A DNA stretch of 64,000 bases from Chiloscyllium plagiosum. Lineage: Eukaryota. Location of the stretch: contig NC_057754.1 of the NCBI RefSeq assembly GCF_004010195.1, positions 2,326,228 to 2,390,227 of the forward strand, read 5' to 3'. Shown piece after piece: positions 12,378-25,984 of this stretch. The notes beneath the pieces are model-generated. The model saw only the letters and a program-made list of their open reading frames with translations, was not told where the DNA came from and ran no database searches. Every line of letters begins with the position of its first letter. Position 1 is the stretch's first letter. The position numbers and the translations under genes were made by a program.

Positions 12378-13490
12378 TTAATTTATCGAGACGTGGGCGT
12401 TGCTGTCTAGGCTAGTAATTATTTCACTTCACTAATTGCTTCTGAGAAGGTGGTGGTGAGCCGCCTTCTTGAACGACTGAAGTACATGTGGTACAGGAAC
12501 ACCCAGAGTGCCTTTAAGAAGAGTATTCCAGGACTTTTACCCAGTGACACTGAAGAAACGACAAATACAGTCCAAGTCAAGATGGTGTGTGCTCTAGAGG
12601 GCAACTTGTAGATGGTGGTGCTCCCATGTATCTGCTGCTCTTGCCCTTCTGGTGGTAGAGGTTATGGGTTTGGAAGGTGCTGCCTGTACAACCTCAGTGA
12701 GTTATTATAGTGCATCTTATAAATGACAGGCAGTGTTGCTATTGCTCATCAATGGTGAAGGGAAGTAAATGTGAAAGGATGTGGTGCTAATCAAGTGGAC
12801 TGCTTTGCTCTGTATAGCATCAAGCTTCTTGAGTGTTGTTGGAGCTCATCCAGGCAAGTGGAGAGTATTCTATCACATTCCTGGCTTGCACCTTTTGTTG
12901 GTAGACCAGCTTTGAAGAGTCAGGAGGTGAGTAATTCACTGCAGGAGTTTTGGTCTCAAAGCTGTTTTGTAGGCACAGTATTTATATGGCTAGCCCTTTT
13001 GAGTTCTGATCAATGATAACCCCAAGCATGTTGATAATGGGGGAATCCAGTGATGGTAACACCATTGAACGTCAAGAGGAGATCGTTAGATTCTCTCTTG
13101 TTGGAGATGGTTATTCCCTGGCACTTGTATGGTGAGAAAGTTACTTGGCACTTGTCAGTGCAAACCATATCTTGTTGCACTTGGCCATTGACTACTCAGT
13201 ACCTGAGGAATCATGAATGGTGCTGTCATCAGTAAATGTACCATTTCTGACCTTACAGTGGACTCATTGATGAAGCAACTTTGGAAGCCCTAAGTAATGT
13301 CCTGAGATTAAGAAGGTTGATCTCCAGCTACCGTTGCCATTCTTCCAGTGTGCTATGAATGAACCAGTGTAAAGGTTTCCTCTGGGTTCCCATTGCCTCT
13401 AGTTATGATAGGCTTTCTTGGTGCCACACTTGTTTGAACACTGCCTTGATGTCAAGGGCAATGACGCTCACCTCATCAGCTCTTCTGTTA
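12378..13490 (-). mobile_element. Old CR1/L2-group LINE 3' fragment
   Basis: Minus strand near 13415-13460 reads ALDIKAVFKQVWHQE (RT motif). Its 3' end recurs at ~7200-7410, 24215-24585 and 61710-62280. Confidence 0.7.
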
Positions 13491-14529
13491 GTGCTGTGGC
13501 TTCAGTGGTGACGTTGCTATTGGAAATAATTGTATAAGGAAAATGGAACACATAAGCCAGCGTGTGGACAGAATTCTAATGTTACATTTTAGTGAAGAGG
13601 TTTTTCTTGTGATTAATTGGGACTTTGTTTGTGTTAATGGTCATCTTGCACTCAAGGAAATGAACCTAAAACAAACACATTTCATTATCAGCAGCACTTT
13701 AGTTTCAGGGTCTAGGTTAAAGACTGCTAACAATTTGCACAGAGATCAATCACCACTCTAAACAGCAGCCAAATGCAGTTTTGTAATGCTCAAATTATGA
13801 TGTTCTTAAAACAAGAAGTAGTTAGGAATGAGAAAAGTTACTGCAGTATCCTGTGAAATGTTGTATCGATACGTGGAAATCTGTAATCACTCATCTTTCT
13901 GACCCATACTCACTGATTTCTCTTGCATTAGCCCACTGGACCTGTCCTTCCCTTCTGAAAGAGCGGGCTGAATTGTATCTGGTGACTGGAACCCCTGATG
14001 CCACTGTGATAGTGGGTACTGGGCCCGCACTTGCTAGCAACAGGTCCCGATTGACAAGATTTTACACAGGCACTTTCCTAATTGGCTACCGGTGTCATGC
14101 TGTCTGTGCTGTGTTTATTTCAGCACACTGGGAGAGGTGGTTGCAACCAAGGATTGCAGTACACCCAAGGCTTACAGCACGTAGGTGAAAGAAAAATCAG
14201 ATTCACTCATGTCCTTAAGGGAAAGAAACTGCCATCTTCATCCAGTCTGGCCTATATGTGACTGCTGATCGACAGCAATGTGGTTGATTCCTAACTGTCC
14301 TCTGGGCTGTTTGAGGTGGCCAATAAATGCTGGCCTTGCCAGAGATGTCCACATTTCCTGAGCAAATAGTTTAACTTATAGTTGACCTTCATACTATTTG
14401 CAATAGCTCTGTGGAAAATGCAGAGATGTTGTGTTGCAGTAAGCCAGACGGACCCATCTCTCTCGTAGCTATTTTCCAAAAGTACGTTTGCCGCGGAGAT
14501 AAGGGTAAGGGACCTTCAGATTGACATCT

Positions 14530-14840
14530 CCAAAGCACTTGAGATAAATGACCAACTCACCTATTTCAGGTGTTGGATGAAAGATAAACATTGTCCCAGA
14601 GTGTTGGGAGGAACTCCTCTGCTGTTCTTCAAACAGTAATCCTGGGACCTTTTACACCACATGCAGAGAACAGCTGGGGCCTGAATTTAACATCTCACCT
14701 GAAATATGGAGCCACTAACGGCCTTGTAGTTCTTCAGTGCTGGCCTTAAAGGCCCACATTGGAGCCCCTGGGGGAGGGATATTAAAAACCCACAAACCAT
14801 TCAAAAGCAGATACGAGAGTGCTGCCAACTGAGCTGTAGC
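14530..14840 (-). mobile_element. Ancient Deu-domain SINE (SacSINE1/AmnSINE1-like)
   Basis: Reverse complement resembles the recalled Deu core (GATGTTAAA...CCCC...GTAAAAGGTCCCA...GAAGAACAGCAG.GGAGTT) and the in-window copy at 38345-38610. Confidence 0.6.
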
Positions 14841-16251
14841 TGATGCCTTGGTGCTGCCTATATCGGGGGAAAGGTTACGTGACCAAACTCAGATAAGAAC
14901 AGAACAGGTGACCGAATAAAACTGTGTTGGGGGTCTGAGCATGAAGTGTACAACCTCCATTCGTGGTCCTTGTGACCTTTGTGAGACATGGGAAAGCATG
15001 GGCTAGTGAATCCCACCCATAGCAAAGGTCAGGCCTACTAAGGAACTCCCAGTGAACCTTTAAATAACTTTCACAGGTTGGGCAGCTTTCCAAATTGTGA
15101 GCTTTCTAATTCTGACCAGCTCAAAGGTGGCAAATGGACTCACTGTTTTGGTTGAAGAAGACATACAAGTCACAGTGATGAAAGAGGCTCCGTGGAGCGT
15201 TTACAAGCAGTCATGTTCCTCTCCTATCCTGGGTTCCAGATCTCCACCTGCCCTCCAAAATCTGCAAAGTCTGCATGTTCCATTTATCCAACTGCAATCG
15301 TTCATGACCAAAGAGAAGTCACAATGTGGCATGCATTCCCAGTGACCCGCCTCACTAACTCTCCTCCAGTCCAACACTCCCAGTCAATAATTGACTGGCA
15401 GACCCAATACTGACCCAACCCCAACTCACCTACACCAAAATACTAGGAAGTTTCCACTTCCCTGTGGACGCACTTTGGCAAATGATAAACGAACCCACCT
15501 CCCTATTTCCACCTCTAACATGAGAATTCCACCCTGAATCTCAAGCATGCTTTAATCCTTACTGCTGTGGGCTACCTGTGAAGTTTATCACATGCAAATA
15601 ACTTGTTTAGTGGATTTTTGAAAAGTCCATTTGTAAGTATATCCCATTTCTTAAAACCTTCAGCCTGATCTTTTACTTTGGTGTGCAGACTTTTGACTTT
15701 GATCGGTATGTTGATACCAAGTTTCAAAAGGTCTTTGCAACCTTACAGATATCGTGACAGTCTCAGCAGAGACCAGTAATTGATTACTTTTTAGCTCCAG
15801 CTATAGTGAAAAGAATGATGCAACAAAATTCCATGGTTTAAAATGGAAGAACTTTAACAACATTTAAAAAAAGACATTAAATACTATTTTAGGCAATCAT
15901 CCATCCTCTAAAAGTCAGAATCTGCTGAAATTAAACATGAAATAACAGACAAATTGGGACTGATTATAAACTATAAATTACGCATTAAGTGGCAGATGCA
16001 TCTAAGACAGATTTTATAAATAGGTTGACATACAACATCAAATGTCACAAAGACCTTCAAAAACTACTCTTCTTCATGAAGAATTTCGGTTTCTGACCTT
16101 CTTGGAGCTAATCTGATTCCCGGCCACCAGCAGCACGTAACCAACCTGATTTCTATGGACACAGTCTTCATTAAAGATGGCACATATCTGTAGAATGTTC
16201 GCAGACTACTCTGGATAGCATTGTTTCACTAATACTGTCTTCAAGTAAAAG

Positions 16252-17405
16252 TCATGATTTGGAGGAGCCGGTGTTGGACTGGGGTGAACAAAACTAAACA
16301 TCACAATACACCAGGTTACAGTCCAACAGGTTTATTTGGAAGCACTAGCTTTTGGAGCATAAGTGGTTGAAACTTTATTGCTGGAACAGCACAGCAGGTC
16401 AGGCAGCATCCAGGGAACAGGAGAAGGGCCTGTGCCCAAAACGTCGAATCTCCTGTTCCCTGGATGCTGCCTGACCTGCTGTGCTGTTCCAGCAATAAAG
16501 TTTCAACTTTGATCTCCAGCATCTGCAGACCTCACTTTCTCCTCGAGCATAAGTGGTTGCAGAGTATAAGATCATAAAACACAGAATTTATAGCAAAACG
16601 GTTACAGTGTCATGGAACTGTAATAATAGATTAAACAAATCCAGATTAAGTCTTTCATTTTTTAGAATGGGATATGCTAATTCCAGTTCTCTAATATGTA
16701 AATCCCAAAACTCCTTTTAAGTTACATTCTCAAAATAGTTTTAGCTTTTCTAAAAATAGGTGCCATCTCAGCTCAGACAATGCCTTTAAGGTGTACTTGA
16801 CCAAGCTCTCTCTCGCTCTCACTCTCTTTCGCTCTTTCTTTCTCTCTCTCTCTCTCTCTCTCACACACAGTCTTTCTCTCTCTCTCACACACATGTACTC
16901 ACGCCCCACATGCACACACTCACTCTATCTCTCCTGCGTGCGTACACATATAAGTTTATGGGGTGAATTTATATTTGCAGAATTACATTTTATTTTGCTG
17001 AAAAAAGCTGCATAAATCCAAGTAAGATTCTGTAAGTCCCACTTTAGAAATAGCACCAGCCTGACTCAACATTGGGTCACAGACAGACTTTAACGTCACA
17101 CCTTAAAGGCATTGTCTGAGCTGAGATGGCACCTATTGTTAGAAAAGCTAAGGCTATTTTGAGAATTTAACTTAAAAGGAGTTCTGGGACTTACATATTA
17201 AAGAACTGGAACTAGCATATCCCGTTCTAAAAAATGAAAGACTTAATCTGAATTGGTTTAATATATGATTACAGCTCGATGCTATAAATTCTGTGTTTTA
17301 TGATTTTATACTCCACAACCACAGATGAAGGAGCAGCACTTAGAAAGCTAGTGCTTCCAAATAAACCTGTTGGACTGTAACCTGGTATTGTGTGATTTTA
17401 AACTT
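16252..17405. mobile_element. PLE-derived asymmetric fold-back element
   Basis: Arms ~16252-16794 and ~17098-17405 are inverted. TSD-like cttcaagtaaaag (16239-16251) / cttcaaataacag (17403-17415). Contains a nested insertion. Confidence 0.85.
16370..16544. mobile_element. Nested small PLE fold-back (same family as 58405-58939)
   Basis: Arms ~16366-16424 and ~16449-16507; perfect 15-bp TSD gagcataagtggttg at 16355-16369 and 16545-16559. Confidence 0.9.
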
Positions 17406-17500
17406 CAAATAACAGGAACAACTGCAAAACCTTATTCTACATTTCCAGACTTGCCATTTGTCTTTTTCAGCTGCCTGTAATGCACAACTGAACTCATCCA

Positions 17501-17530
17501 CTGATGAAGGGCTCCGGCCCGAAACGTCGA
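17501..17530 (+). ncRNA. Minimal type I hammerhead ribozyme motif
   Basis: CUGAUGA A GGGC-UCCG-GCCC GAAAC GUC; predicted cleavage after 17528. The 5' strand of stem I is lost by truncation. Confidence 0.75.
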
Positions 17531-17627
17531 TTTTCCTGCTCCTCAGATGCTGCCTGACCTGCTGTGCTTTTCCAGCACCACACACTCTCGACTTTGATCT
17601 CCAGCATCTGCAGTCCTCACTGTCTCT
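17501..17627 (+). mobile_element. PLE terminal-repeat insertion starting at the hammerhead
   Basis: TSD tcatccactg at 17494-17503 and 17628-17637. Confidence 0.85.
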
Positions 17628-18884
17628 TCATCCACTGCTACTACTGAGCGATGATGTCTCTGTATTCCCTTATGTAATGTCAACAGTTTCGCTCTCTGCA
17701 GAAGCTTTAGTTTCCATCTCAGTTCCAAGTTTTAGCCTGCGCTGACATATTTTGCCCATCTATACTAGAACTATCTTTACTTACATGACCTGTATCCCTC
17801 TATTACCTTCCAATTCATGTATTCATCCAGGTGTTTCTTGTATTGTTTCTGCTTCCACCATTCCAGCTCATTCCTGACACCATCTTTTTATGTGAAAAAC
17901 TTGCTTCACAAATCTCTTTTAAACCCCCTCTGCCCACCCATGGACCTGTGTCCCCCTTGTAATCAATCCCTCCATCTTATTCACAATCTTATAAACTTCT
18001 ATCAGTTATGTTTTTCCTTTCTCTCTTCATTCGTTTTCAGTTGCCCATTTCAGTTTCTGCTTTAAGTTAGGATCTGCCTCAAAATCTCCATCTCTGAAGC
18101 TACGCATTCCATCATCGGATCAGTAGTTGAGTAAGGGGAGGGGAGTGTAAGTTGCAGCGCTGAGTGAGAGGAAGATTGATTCTTGCCAGAAAGGGTATCT
18201 TTCAGTGAACAGATTTTAAAGTACTGAGCATTAACACCTGATTACAGGTCTCATTGGTGAGCATTGAGTGCAAATGAAGATATGTTTGGCACTTCCGATG
18301 TCGCCAAGGGAGTGGCTTCTTTTAGCATTTCATCAAATAATTCTGAGTTCCAAAGTTGCTGCTTTTCTAATGTGAGCTTCTCTCAAAGGTAGTTCAGCAG
18401 ATTCATGTGGCTTTGTCAAAATGCTTTGAATAAGAGAATACACATTTAGGTTTATTCTGTAACTTTCTCTTTTGAGCTTCTTGTGACTTTAATCCTCTGA
18501 GTTACAATGGTCTAACCATGTCCCATAATGGCTCTGAAAAGAAAGGCTGCATAGGATCAGTTACTGATTCGAGGCCTGCAGCTTTGTAATGGGTTGGTAA
18601 TGGGTTCATTTCAGTCGGCTGCAACATCTGAATGCTTATCAACCTCGCAACGAGGGTGACTTTTAAGGACCCTTGGAATCTCATTGTTTTTGTGTACCTT
18701 CAGGGTCTTGTGCATTCATGCCAAAGTGGCTGGAATCACGAGCAAAAGCTCTCCCAAATCCCAAGTAAAAATGTATTGTGGCTTTTCAGATGGAATGGGA
18801 AGGGAGTTTTAAGGAAAACCAATTTGTGTAGATGTCAAGTCTGTTGCCTTGTGGCTTTGCCAGGACTCAGGGACTGATGATCCA

Positions 18885-19080
18885 GACTCGGATGCTGCCT
18901 GAATTGCTGTGCTCTTCCAGCACCACTGATCCAGAATCTGGTTTCCAGCATCTGCAGTCATTGTTTTTACCTCGTTGATTTTAACCCTACTGCGAATCCT
19001 CTTGCAAGGATGCCTGCCTTGAAGAAGTTTTCCTCCTCTCTCTACAAGAATCTCAGGGAGTCTCTCTCTCACTGCAACTC
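18885..19080 (+). mobile_element. PLE terminal repeat running into the probable 5' body/ORF start
   Basis: Matches the reverse complement of ~49725-49810, then continues past the tail into ATGCCTGCCTTGAAG (MPALKKFSSSLYKNLRESLSHCN). Confidence 0.55.
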
Positions 19081-19449
19081 GCCCATCCGTTTTATCCTGA
19101 AAGACAGTAATGCCACAATACCAAGTTTTTAATTGTAATCAAAAACTGTTGGTAAGATCATTTCAAACACAGATGAAGATACAGAAAGAAATTAGCAAGA
19201 CGATACCTGTCTTACACAATAAAAATTTGAAACAATCAGTTCTGCCCTCTTACAGATCTTTTCAGTGACTTTAAACCAAGATTCTATATCACAAAGTAAA
19301 TTGTGCATAGAATCATCCTGTTAACCCCATGGCTCTAGAAGTGTAGAGCATCAGACATCACAAAGCTACTCTACAATAATGTGCTTTCTTTCACTTTGAC
19401 ATCAATATAAAATAACAGATAATCAAACCATCTCTACTCATGATCAGAT

Positions 19450-19640
19450 AGAGTCAGAGAGCTGTGCAGCACAGAAACAGACTCTTTGGTCCAACTTGTC
19501 CATGCTGACCAGATATCCAAAATTAATCTACTCTCATTTGCCAGCATTTGGCCCATAAACCCTCCAGATCATCCAGATGCATTTTAATTGTTGTAACTGT
19601 ACCAGCCTCCACCGCTTCCTCTGGCTGCTTTTTCCATGAT
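19450..19640 (-). mobile_element. CR1 3' end fragment
   Basis: agagtcagagagctgtgcagcacagaaacagac...accagcctccaccgcttcctctggc. Confidence 0.8.
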
Positions 19641-21121
19641 CAAAATATTTCCAATGATTAACTAAAAAGGTATGAACAATAGTCCCCTATTCACCTAATG
19701 ATCTACCTGTTTACTTCTGGACTCCTCGCTATATCTGATGGGTATGAGCTAGAATCTACAAAGAAAATACTTTCAAAACAGACAACTAATCTGACATCTC
19801 TCCAAAAAGAGATTTCTGGTAAAAGCAAATATCAAAGTACATGGCTGTAACTTGCAGGCAGCTCGGTTCTGATTTGCAATGTGAAGTTTACTAACCTAAG
19901 ACAACTACCCTTTTAATTTATTATCTTGAAAATATATTGTCCTCCATGTATAATTTTTTTAAATTTCCCCTTTTCGATGCAGAATAAAGTTAGTTCACAT
20001 GGAGAGTCCCAGAAACTTCCTTGTGTGCAAGAAAACACCACTTAAACCCCCCATCTGATCACAATGGAAAATTAACCCCAACTACCAGGCTGAGACTAAT
20101 TCTCTCAGCAATTACATGCATTCAGTCCCATGCATGAATGCAAGGGATGATTTTCAACTGTTGACTCAAATTCACTAAGAGACATTTTTACAGTATAAGT
20201 AGATGTTTCAAATATCGAACCATTCAAGGCTATTTTCTAAAACCAGTGAGCATAAACTAATCATGAAAACATCCATTATTCCTTGCGAGTAAATACAGTT
20301 ACTGAACTTTCCTCACGAAAGTGCAGCGCATTACCCAATGTGCAATAAAGTGAAAGTAATTAAAATCACAACAGTCCCAGACTATTGGACTTCTCTCTCA
20401 TTAGAGAGACAACTGGTGGTGGTTTAATCTGAGGGTCAGATTAAGGAGTGCGTTCGAAAAAGAGGGATGTTCATTTTAACCTCAGCCAGAATGGGAACTG
20501 AACATGCATTGTTGGCATCACGTTGCATCAAAGATCCATGCAACTGAGCTAATGTTGATTACCAAAGTACTGCTCTGTCCCAACTTGGGAAAACAGCGTC
20601 TTGTAAAAGGACACAAGAAGTTCCAAAGAAAAGCCCAAGTGATCATTTATAATCCATTTCACCTTATGTTTATGTCACAACACGTAGCAACAGAAAGGAA
20701 ACAATTAATTCAAATAGCAGCTTAAGTGCAAGTGGCATTTTCTGAACTCTTACCAAAGCTTGGCTAACATTTCCACCAGTGGCTAGGGATTTGAAGTGGC
20801 TACTGTTGTAAACCAATTGAACTTCAGCAATGTCCACGATCTCCAGCTCTTCTTGACTATGACGGTCCACCACATGGAGCTTCTCTGCACTGTCCAGTAG
20901 AGCCAATGTACGAGAATTAATCCACTGTGTGCAGAGAAAGGGGAAAGTTAACAATACATTCTCCCCTGATTGTTCATGCAAAATGTGAATTCCACCCAAA
21001 TGATGGAACAAAGACAAAACATTATTTTGTATGATTCGGAGATGTCGGTGTTGGACTGGGGTGTACAAAGTTAAAAATCACACAACACCAGGTTATAGTC
21101 CAACAGGTTTAATTGGAAGCA

Positions 21122-21156
21122 CACTAGCTTTCGGAGCGACGCTCCTTCATCAGGTG
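21122..21156 (-). ncRNA. Minimal type I hammerhead ribozyme motif
   Basis: Minus strand: CAC CUGAUGA A GGAGC-GUC-GCUCC GAAA GCUA GUG (stem I CAC/GUG; palindromic AGCU helix III). Confidence 0.8.
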
Positions 21157-21665
21157 ATTGTGGAGGGCTCGATCGTAACACAGAATTTATAGCAAAAATT
21201 TGCAGTATGATGTAACTGAAATTATACATTGAAGAATTGATTGTCTGTTAAGCCTTTCATCTGTTAGAATAAGTGATAGTTTCACTTCTTTCATGTGTAA
21301 ATCACAAAACCCTTTTTTTTAAAGTTGCATTCTCGGGTTAGCTGTTAACAATGGTGATAGCTAGACAATGTGTTGAAGGTGTTAGCCCCCTGTGTTCTCT
21401 GTCTATAACCTGATGTTTAGATTGATTCCAATCTAAAAAGTGAGATAACAGAGTTTTACATAAATTCATACAGTTTTTGAGTAACTTTAATGCAACTTTT
21501 AAAAAAAGGGTTTTGTGATTTACACATGAAAGAAATGAAACTATCACTGTATTCTAACAGATGAAAGGCTTAACAGACAATCAATTCTTCAATGTATAAT
21601 TTCAGTTACATCACACTGCAAATTTTTGCTATAAATTCTGTGGTTATGATCGAGCCCTCCACAAT

Positions 21666-21700
21666 CACCTGATGAAGGAGCGTCGCTCCGAAAGCTAGTG
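21666..21700 (+). ncRNA. Minimal type I hammerhead ribozyme motif
   Basis: CAC CUGAUGA A GGAGC-GUC-GCUCC GAAA GCUA GUG; predicted cleavage after 21697 (CUA). Confidence 0.8.
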
Positions 21701-23031
21701 TGCTTCCAATTAAACCTGTTGGACTATAACCTGGTGTTGTGTGATTTTTAACTTTGTACACCCCAGTCGAACACCGGCATCTCTGAATCATTTCTATGTA
21801 TAGTCAGCACTGCCAGATGCATGTATGATCATTCAATCTAACTGCCAGAAGGATGATAAGCCCCTGTTTGGTGTGGGTTCTTTTATGACCTCCCCATGAT
21901 GCAGACCTGCACTTTCAGGATAACTGTCCACTTATGTGGTCTCAGACTCAGATAGCCATGTTTAAAAAATGCAAAAACAGGGTGTAGTAGACCCCACAAC
22001 ACGGGTGACATACTGGGAGCCTAAATAGATTAATGCAGTGAAATCGTGCTATTAACTAGCTGTTTCGAGACTTTGCTAAAATGTTTTTAAAAAGTAACTT
22101 TTGAACATCATGTATTTTCCAAGAAGCAGGAGAGTTAAATGAAGATGGTAATTTAGCAATCTAAATCCTCACACACTCCTGAAATCGTTGATGTTAGTGG
22201 GAACATCATACAGGTCAGTAAATGTATTTCCTGGCTGGAACAGGGGGGATTTCATGGGCCACATTTGACATTTGGCCTGAATGCTAACAAGACAAAATGC
22301 AAAGGCAAGTAATGTTCTGAAAGTAGTTTTTATGCTGCTGGAACATTGCATTATAAATATAGTAACAAATAAATGAGATAGCTGGAAGTAGGGGAGATGT
22401 CAGCGAGCTGAGTTATAGAAGATTGTCTTGTTTAATCCGCAACTGTTTTGATTGCTTGGGAATGAAAGAGACTTCTAAGTATCTCAGAAGCAGAAATGAT
22501 CAAGGAGAACTGGGTTAATTTACGGACAGGATTAAGTGTTGTATCACAGAAACAGGCAAAATGCTTTATAATTAAATGCACAAAGCCACATCTTCTGTAC
22601 GAGTATCTCACTGACTTGGTTTAATGTAGCACAAAGCTAGATAGAGCCGATTTGATCCCCAATCCACACTAAATTAATTGGTCTTGAATAGGCCGATGTG
22701 CGCCAGCACTTCTAGCTGAAAATAGAGAAATACATTCTGCATTCCTACTCCTGACCACTTTGCAGGAACTCCTCGAAACTTACTGAAGATGTGAAGTTGT
22801 CAGATAAAGTCGAAATGTTGACAAATGAGTGGTTGCTTGGCAGTGGAAAACTGATAAACAGTCTTTCACTGTGTACACTGGACACATGAGTAATGATTAC
22901 TTGGTTGTGAGATAAGAACCGATGATGAAGCCTGGGTAAAAATGTTCTCCTGATAACGAGTTTTGAGAAGATTTGTAGCTCAGGTTGAGGTTCTGGATGT
23001 AGGTTTGCATGCTGAGCTGGAAGGTTTGTTT

Positions 23032-23071
23032 TCAAATGTTTCGTCACCATACTAGGTAACATCATCAGTGA
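23032..23071 (-). ncRNA. Hammerhead ribozyme motif (slightly decayed)
   Basis: Minus strand: UCA CUGAUGA U GUUACC-UAGUAU-GGUGAC GAAAC AUU UGA. Confidence 0.65.
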
Positions 23072-23098
23072 GCCTCTGAATGAAGCTTCACGGGATGC

Positions 23099-23138
23099 TC
23101 TCTGAAGATGTTACCTAGTATGGTGACGAAACATCTGA
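23099..23138 (+). ncRNA. Hammerhead ribozyme motif (slightly decayed)
   Basis: CUGAAGA U GUUACC-UAGUAU-GGUGAC GAAAC AUC UGA. Confidence 0.65.
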
Positions 23139-24214
23139 AAACGAACCTTCCAGCTCAGCAAGCAAACCTATATGCATGTTTCTCCTGAATTTTATTAGAT
23201 GTATTGCTCATTATTGTACAGAGATGGTTCCCTCCACAATTGCAACATCTTCTCTGTGCCTGACCCATTAAATGTTAAGACCTTGAATAGGTCGTTCTCA
23301 GCCCTCTCTTTTCACCACCTCTGCAAATGTTGTGTCCAACATGTCTTAGAAAGGTGAAAATGCCTATGTCTTAATTCCCACATGTAATGCAAACAATGAC
23401 ATGGAACAGTGGACTGATAGGTCTTCATTGGGCGAGGGAGAAAGAGCAGAGCAGTTGGATTAACTTCAAACAAAAAACTGGCATAGAAACAAGAGGCAAA
23501 GTGAGCTCCTCCTGTACTATTTACTTGTAGCTCACAGTAGCATTACAAGGAATGTCTGGAGTAGATTACAATACAATATTTGTCAACAGCTAGGGTACAG
23601 TTTTCCTGACACATCCAATGCCTGACTGCTTCAAGACAGTACCTCTCATGAATCCACTTGCATTTAGGACCCAACGTTTGTGGGTCCCAGCAACAAGTGA
23701 TTGCTGAAGGTGTTTCATTTTGCCGCAGTGTAAAGGACATGAGACTTCTCGAAAATTATGATTATTCATTTGGACTGCTTCAGCTGATCTCTCATTCCCT
23801 TCCATTCCATGACGAATTTATCAGAAGCAGACTTATCATAGTGAGTAACAAGAGACCTTCTGTTAAGCTGCTTGGAAGGAAGCTGTTGTAGCCAATTTAA
23901 CTTGACTGAGGTTTAAGGAAGTTACTGCTTCAAGTTTCGCAAACTTTCCACTTGTTTCAGATGGCATTAACCCCTTCAAGGAACTATCCATCTTTTCCAG
24001 ACTGAAAACATGACCTGCAGTTTCTGGTTAGGGTCAGCTGTGTCCACATTTGCCAGTTTGATTCTGAGTGCTACTTTGCTGTCTTGCTCTTCACAGAAGA
24101 AGGCATCTCAGAACGCCGTACCTGACCAGAGAATTAAAATTCTCAGAGGGTCCAATAAATATGGAATTCCATATCACAGTTCCGCTAAGCCTTCCCACTG
24201 AAGCTTTGAGTTTA

Positions 24215-24585
24215 ATCATTCATGGGATGTGATGTCAGTGGCTAGGCTAGTGACCATCCCTCCTTGTCCTTGTGAAGGTGCTGGTGAGCTGCTTTCTGTG
24301 TAGTGTAGGGACCCCACAATACTGTTAAAGAGGGAATTCCAGGATTTTGGCCGGGCAACGGTGAAGGACCGGTGATATATTTCTGTCAGGATGGTGAGTG
24401 GCCTGGAGGGAAACTTGCTGGAGTTGGTGTTCCCAGGTATCTGCTGTCCCTGTCCTTCTAGATGATAGAAGTTGCATATTTGGAAGGAGACTTACTGAGT
24501 TGTGCATTGCATCTTATAGATGGAACATAATACTGCCATTGAGCATTGGTGGTGAAAGGAGTGGATGGTGAAGGTGCTGGATGAA
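24215..24585 (-). mobile_element. Old CR1/L2-group LINE 3' end
   Basis: Homologous to 12378-12800. Confidence 0.65.
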
Positions 24586-25984
24586 ATAGACTGACCATGG
24601 TCCTTAAAGCCCCATCAGACATTGAAAAGAATGCTCTTTACCCTTGCTCGTTTTCATTGCCTTGTGAAATTTCCACAAAATTCTCGGCCTCCTCCATATT
24701 TTTCTCTCACTTCCTTTCCAGAAAATGTCATGAGTAAAGGTTTTTTCTCTCTGTATGTTCAAAATGCAACAGCTGTCCCTGTTGCAAAAGGGCGTGCACA
24801 TTCATTCCAGTCTGCGTTAGCTACATTGGTCTTTTGAAATAGTACTGCTGACTCCAAATGAGAGAAGGCTGGCAGAGTCATTCATCCTATTGGCATCTTT
24901 CTCACTTCCCACACCTGAAAGAAATATGACAAGTACAGTAAAATTCAGAAGCTGTTGTTTCAAACACCATCAAGTGCCACACACACACACACGCACCCGC
25001 ACCCGCACCCCCCCCCCCCCCACCATTTATCACTAATCCCTGATGGTTTTTGCTTTCCAAGTGGTGAAGAGGAACACCACTACAAACGCTGCCCTTTAAT
25101 TACTACCATCTTTGCTGCCTCCTGCAAACCATTACAGCTTATCTGGAATCCCTGCTTGACAATCTGTTGAATCAGGACAGAGTCTATTGTGCCTAAAATC
25201 TGACAGTGGTCTGTGCATCCTGTGGGAGCTCTCCATTATTTATACAAGAAATCTGTGCCATCTGCTGTGCCCGTCTGAGCTGCGCAGTAAATGAGTAGCG
25301 CTTCTGTGGCATCTGCACAGCTTTCCCCCAACCATCTTAATTGTAGTTGAATGTAACTTGTCTGTGGGGTTGCTAAGCAGCAGGACGCAGGGCCAGAGGC
25401 AGCATGATTGCCTGTTCCCTTTGTTGTGAGATGCAGATAGTTTCGCAGGCATTCTGGCCACTTCTGATTCAGGAACAATGGCACAGTTTCTTTGTGCTCC
25501 TGCCACCCCAGTTCACCCAATTCTCCTGAAAAGGGGACCCTCGTGCAGCCATCAGTCAGCCCATTCTGAAATCGCAGCAAGCAATTGAGTCTGAGCTATT
25601 TTGCTGGCAATTATTGACTCCCTGGCTTTACGAATGTGGGAGCCACATTTACTGTAATGGCCATTGCCGTAAAACCATTATCATCTGCTTTAGCCCATGC
25701 ACAAATGCACTTTTCATCACAGATCATTGGACTTATGAAAAAAGTTATATTTTTGATAGGAAACTTGGATTTATCTAGCACCATTCACAACTTTGGTTCC
25801 TTGCAAAGTGCTTTTCCACCATTGAAGTAATTTATTGATGTGTTGTAAGAAAGGAATTGCAGCTGCCAGGTTGTGCATAGCAAACCCCCACAGATAACAA
25901 TCGATTTTATTAATGTTGCTTGAGGGAGCAGTGTTACCTGGGACACTGAGGGGAAGTCTACAGGACTTATACAATTAAAAAATA

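Larger units (their letters stand above)
21031..21791. mobile_element. PLE-derived fold-back with ~300-bp near-identical inverted arms
   Basis: Arms 21031-21331 and 21489-21791 with a 157-bp spacer; each arm carries an intact hammerhead motif. Confidence 0.92.
22955..23172. mobile_element. PLE-derived asymmetric fold-back (third family)
   Basis: Arms ~22999-23068 and 23102-23171; ttctcctga duplicated at 22945-22953 and 23180-23188; hammerhead motifs on both arms. Confidence 0.85.

Noticed and set aside
21031..21791. DNA transposon/MITE interpretation of the long inverted repeats
   Set aside because: The same terminal sequence occurs singly, 5'-truncated, with variable 10-16 bp TSDs, carries a hammerhead, and links to a GIY-YIG remnant (60390-60490), which favours a PLE origin.
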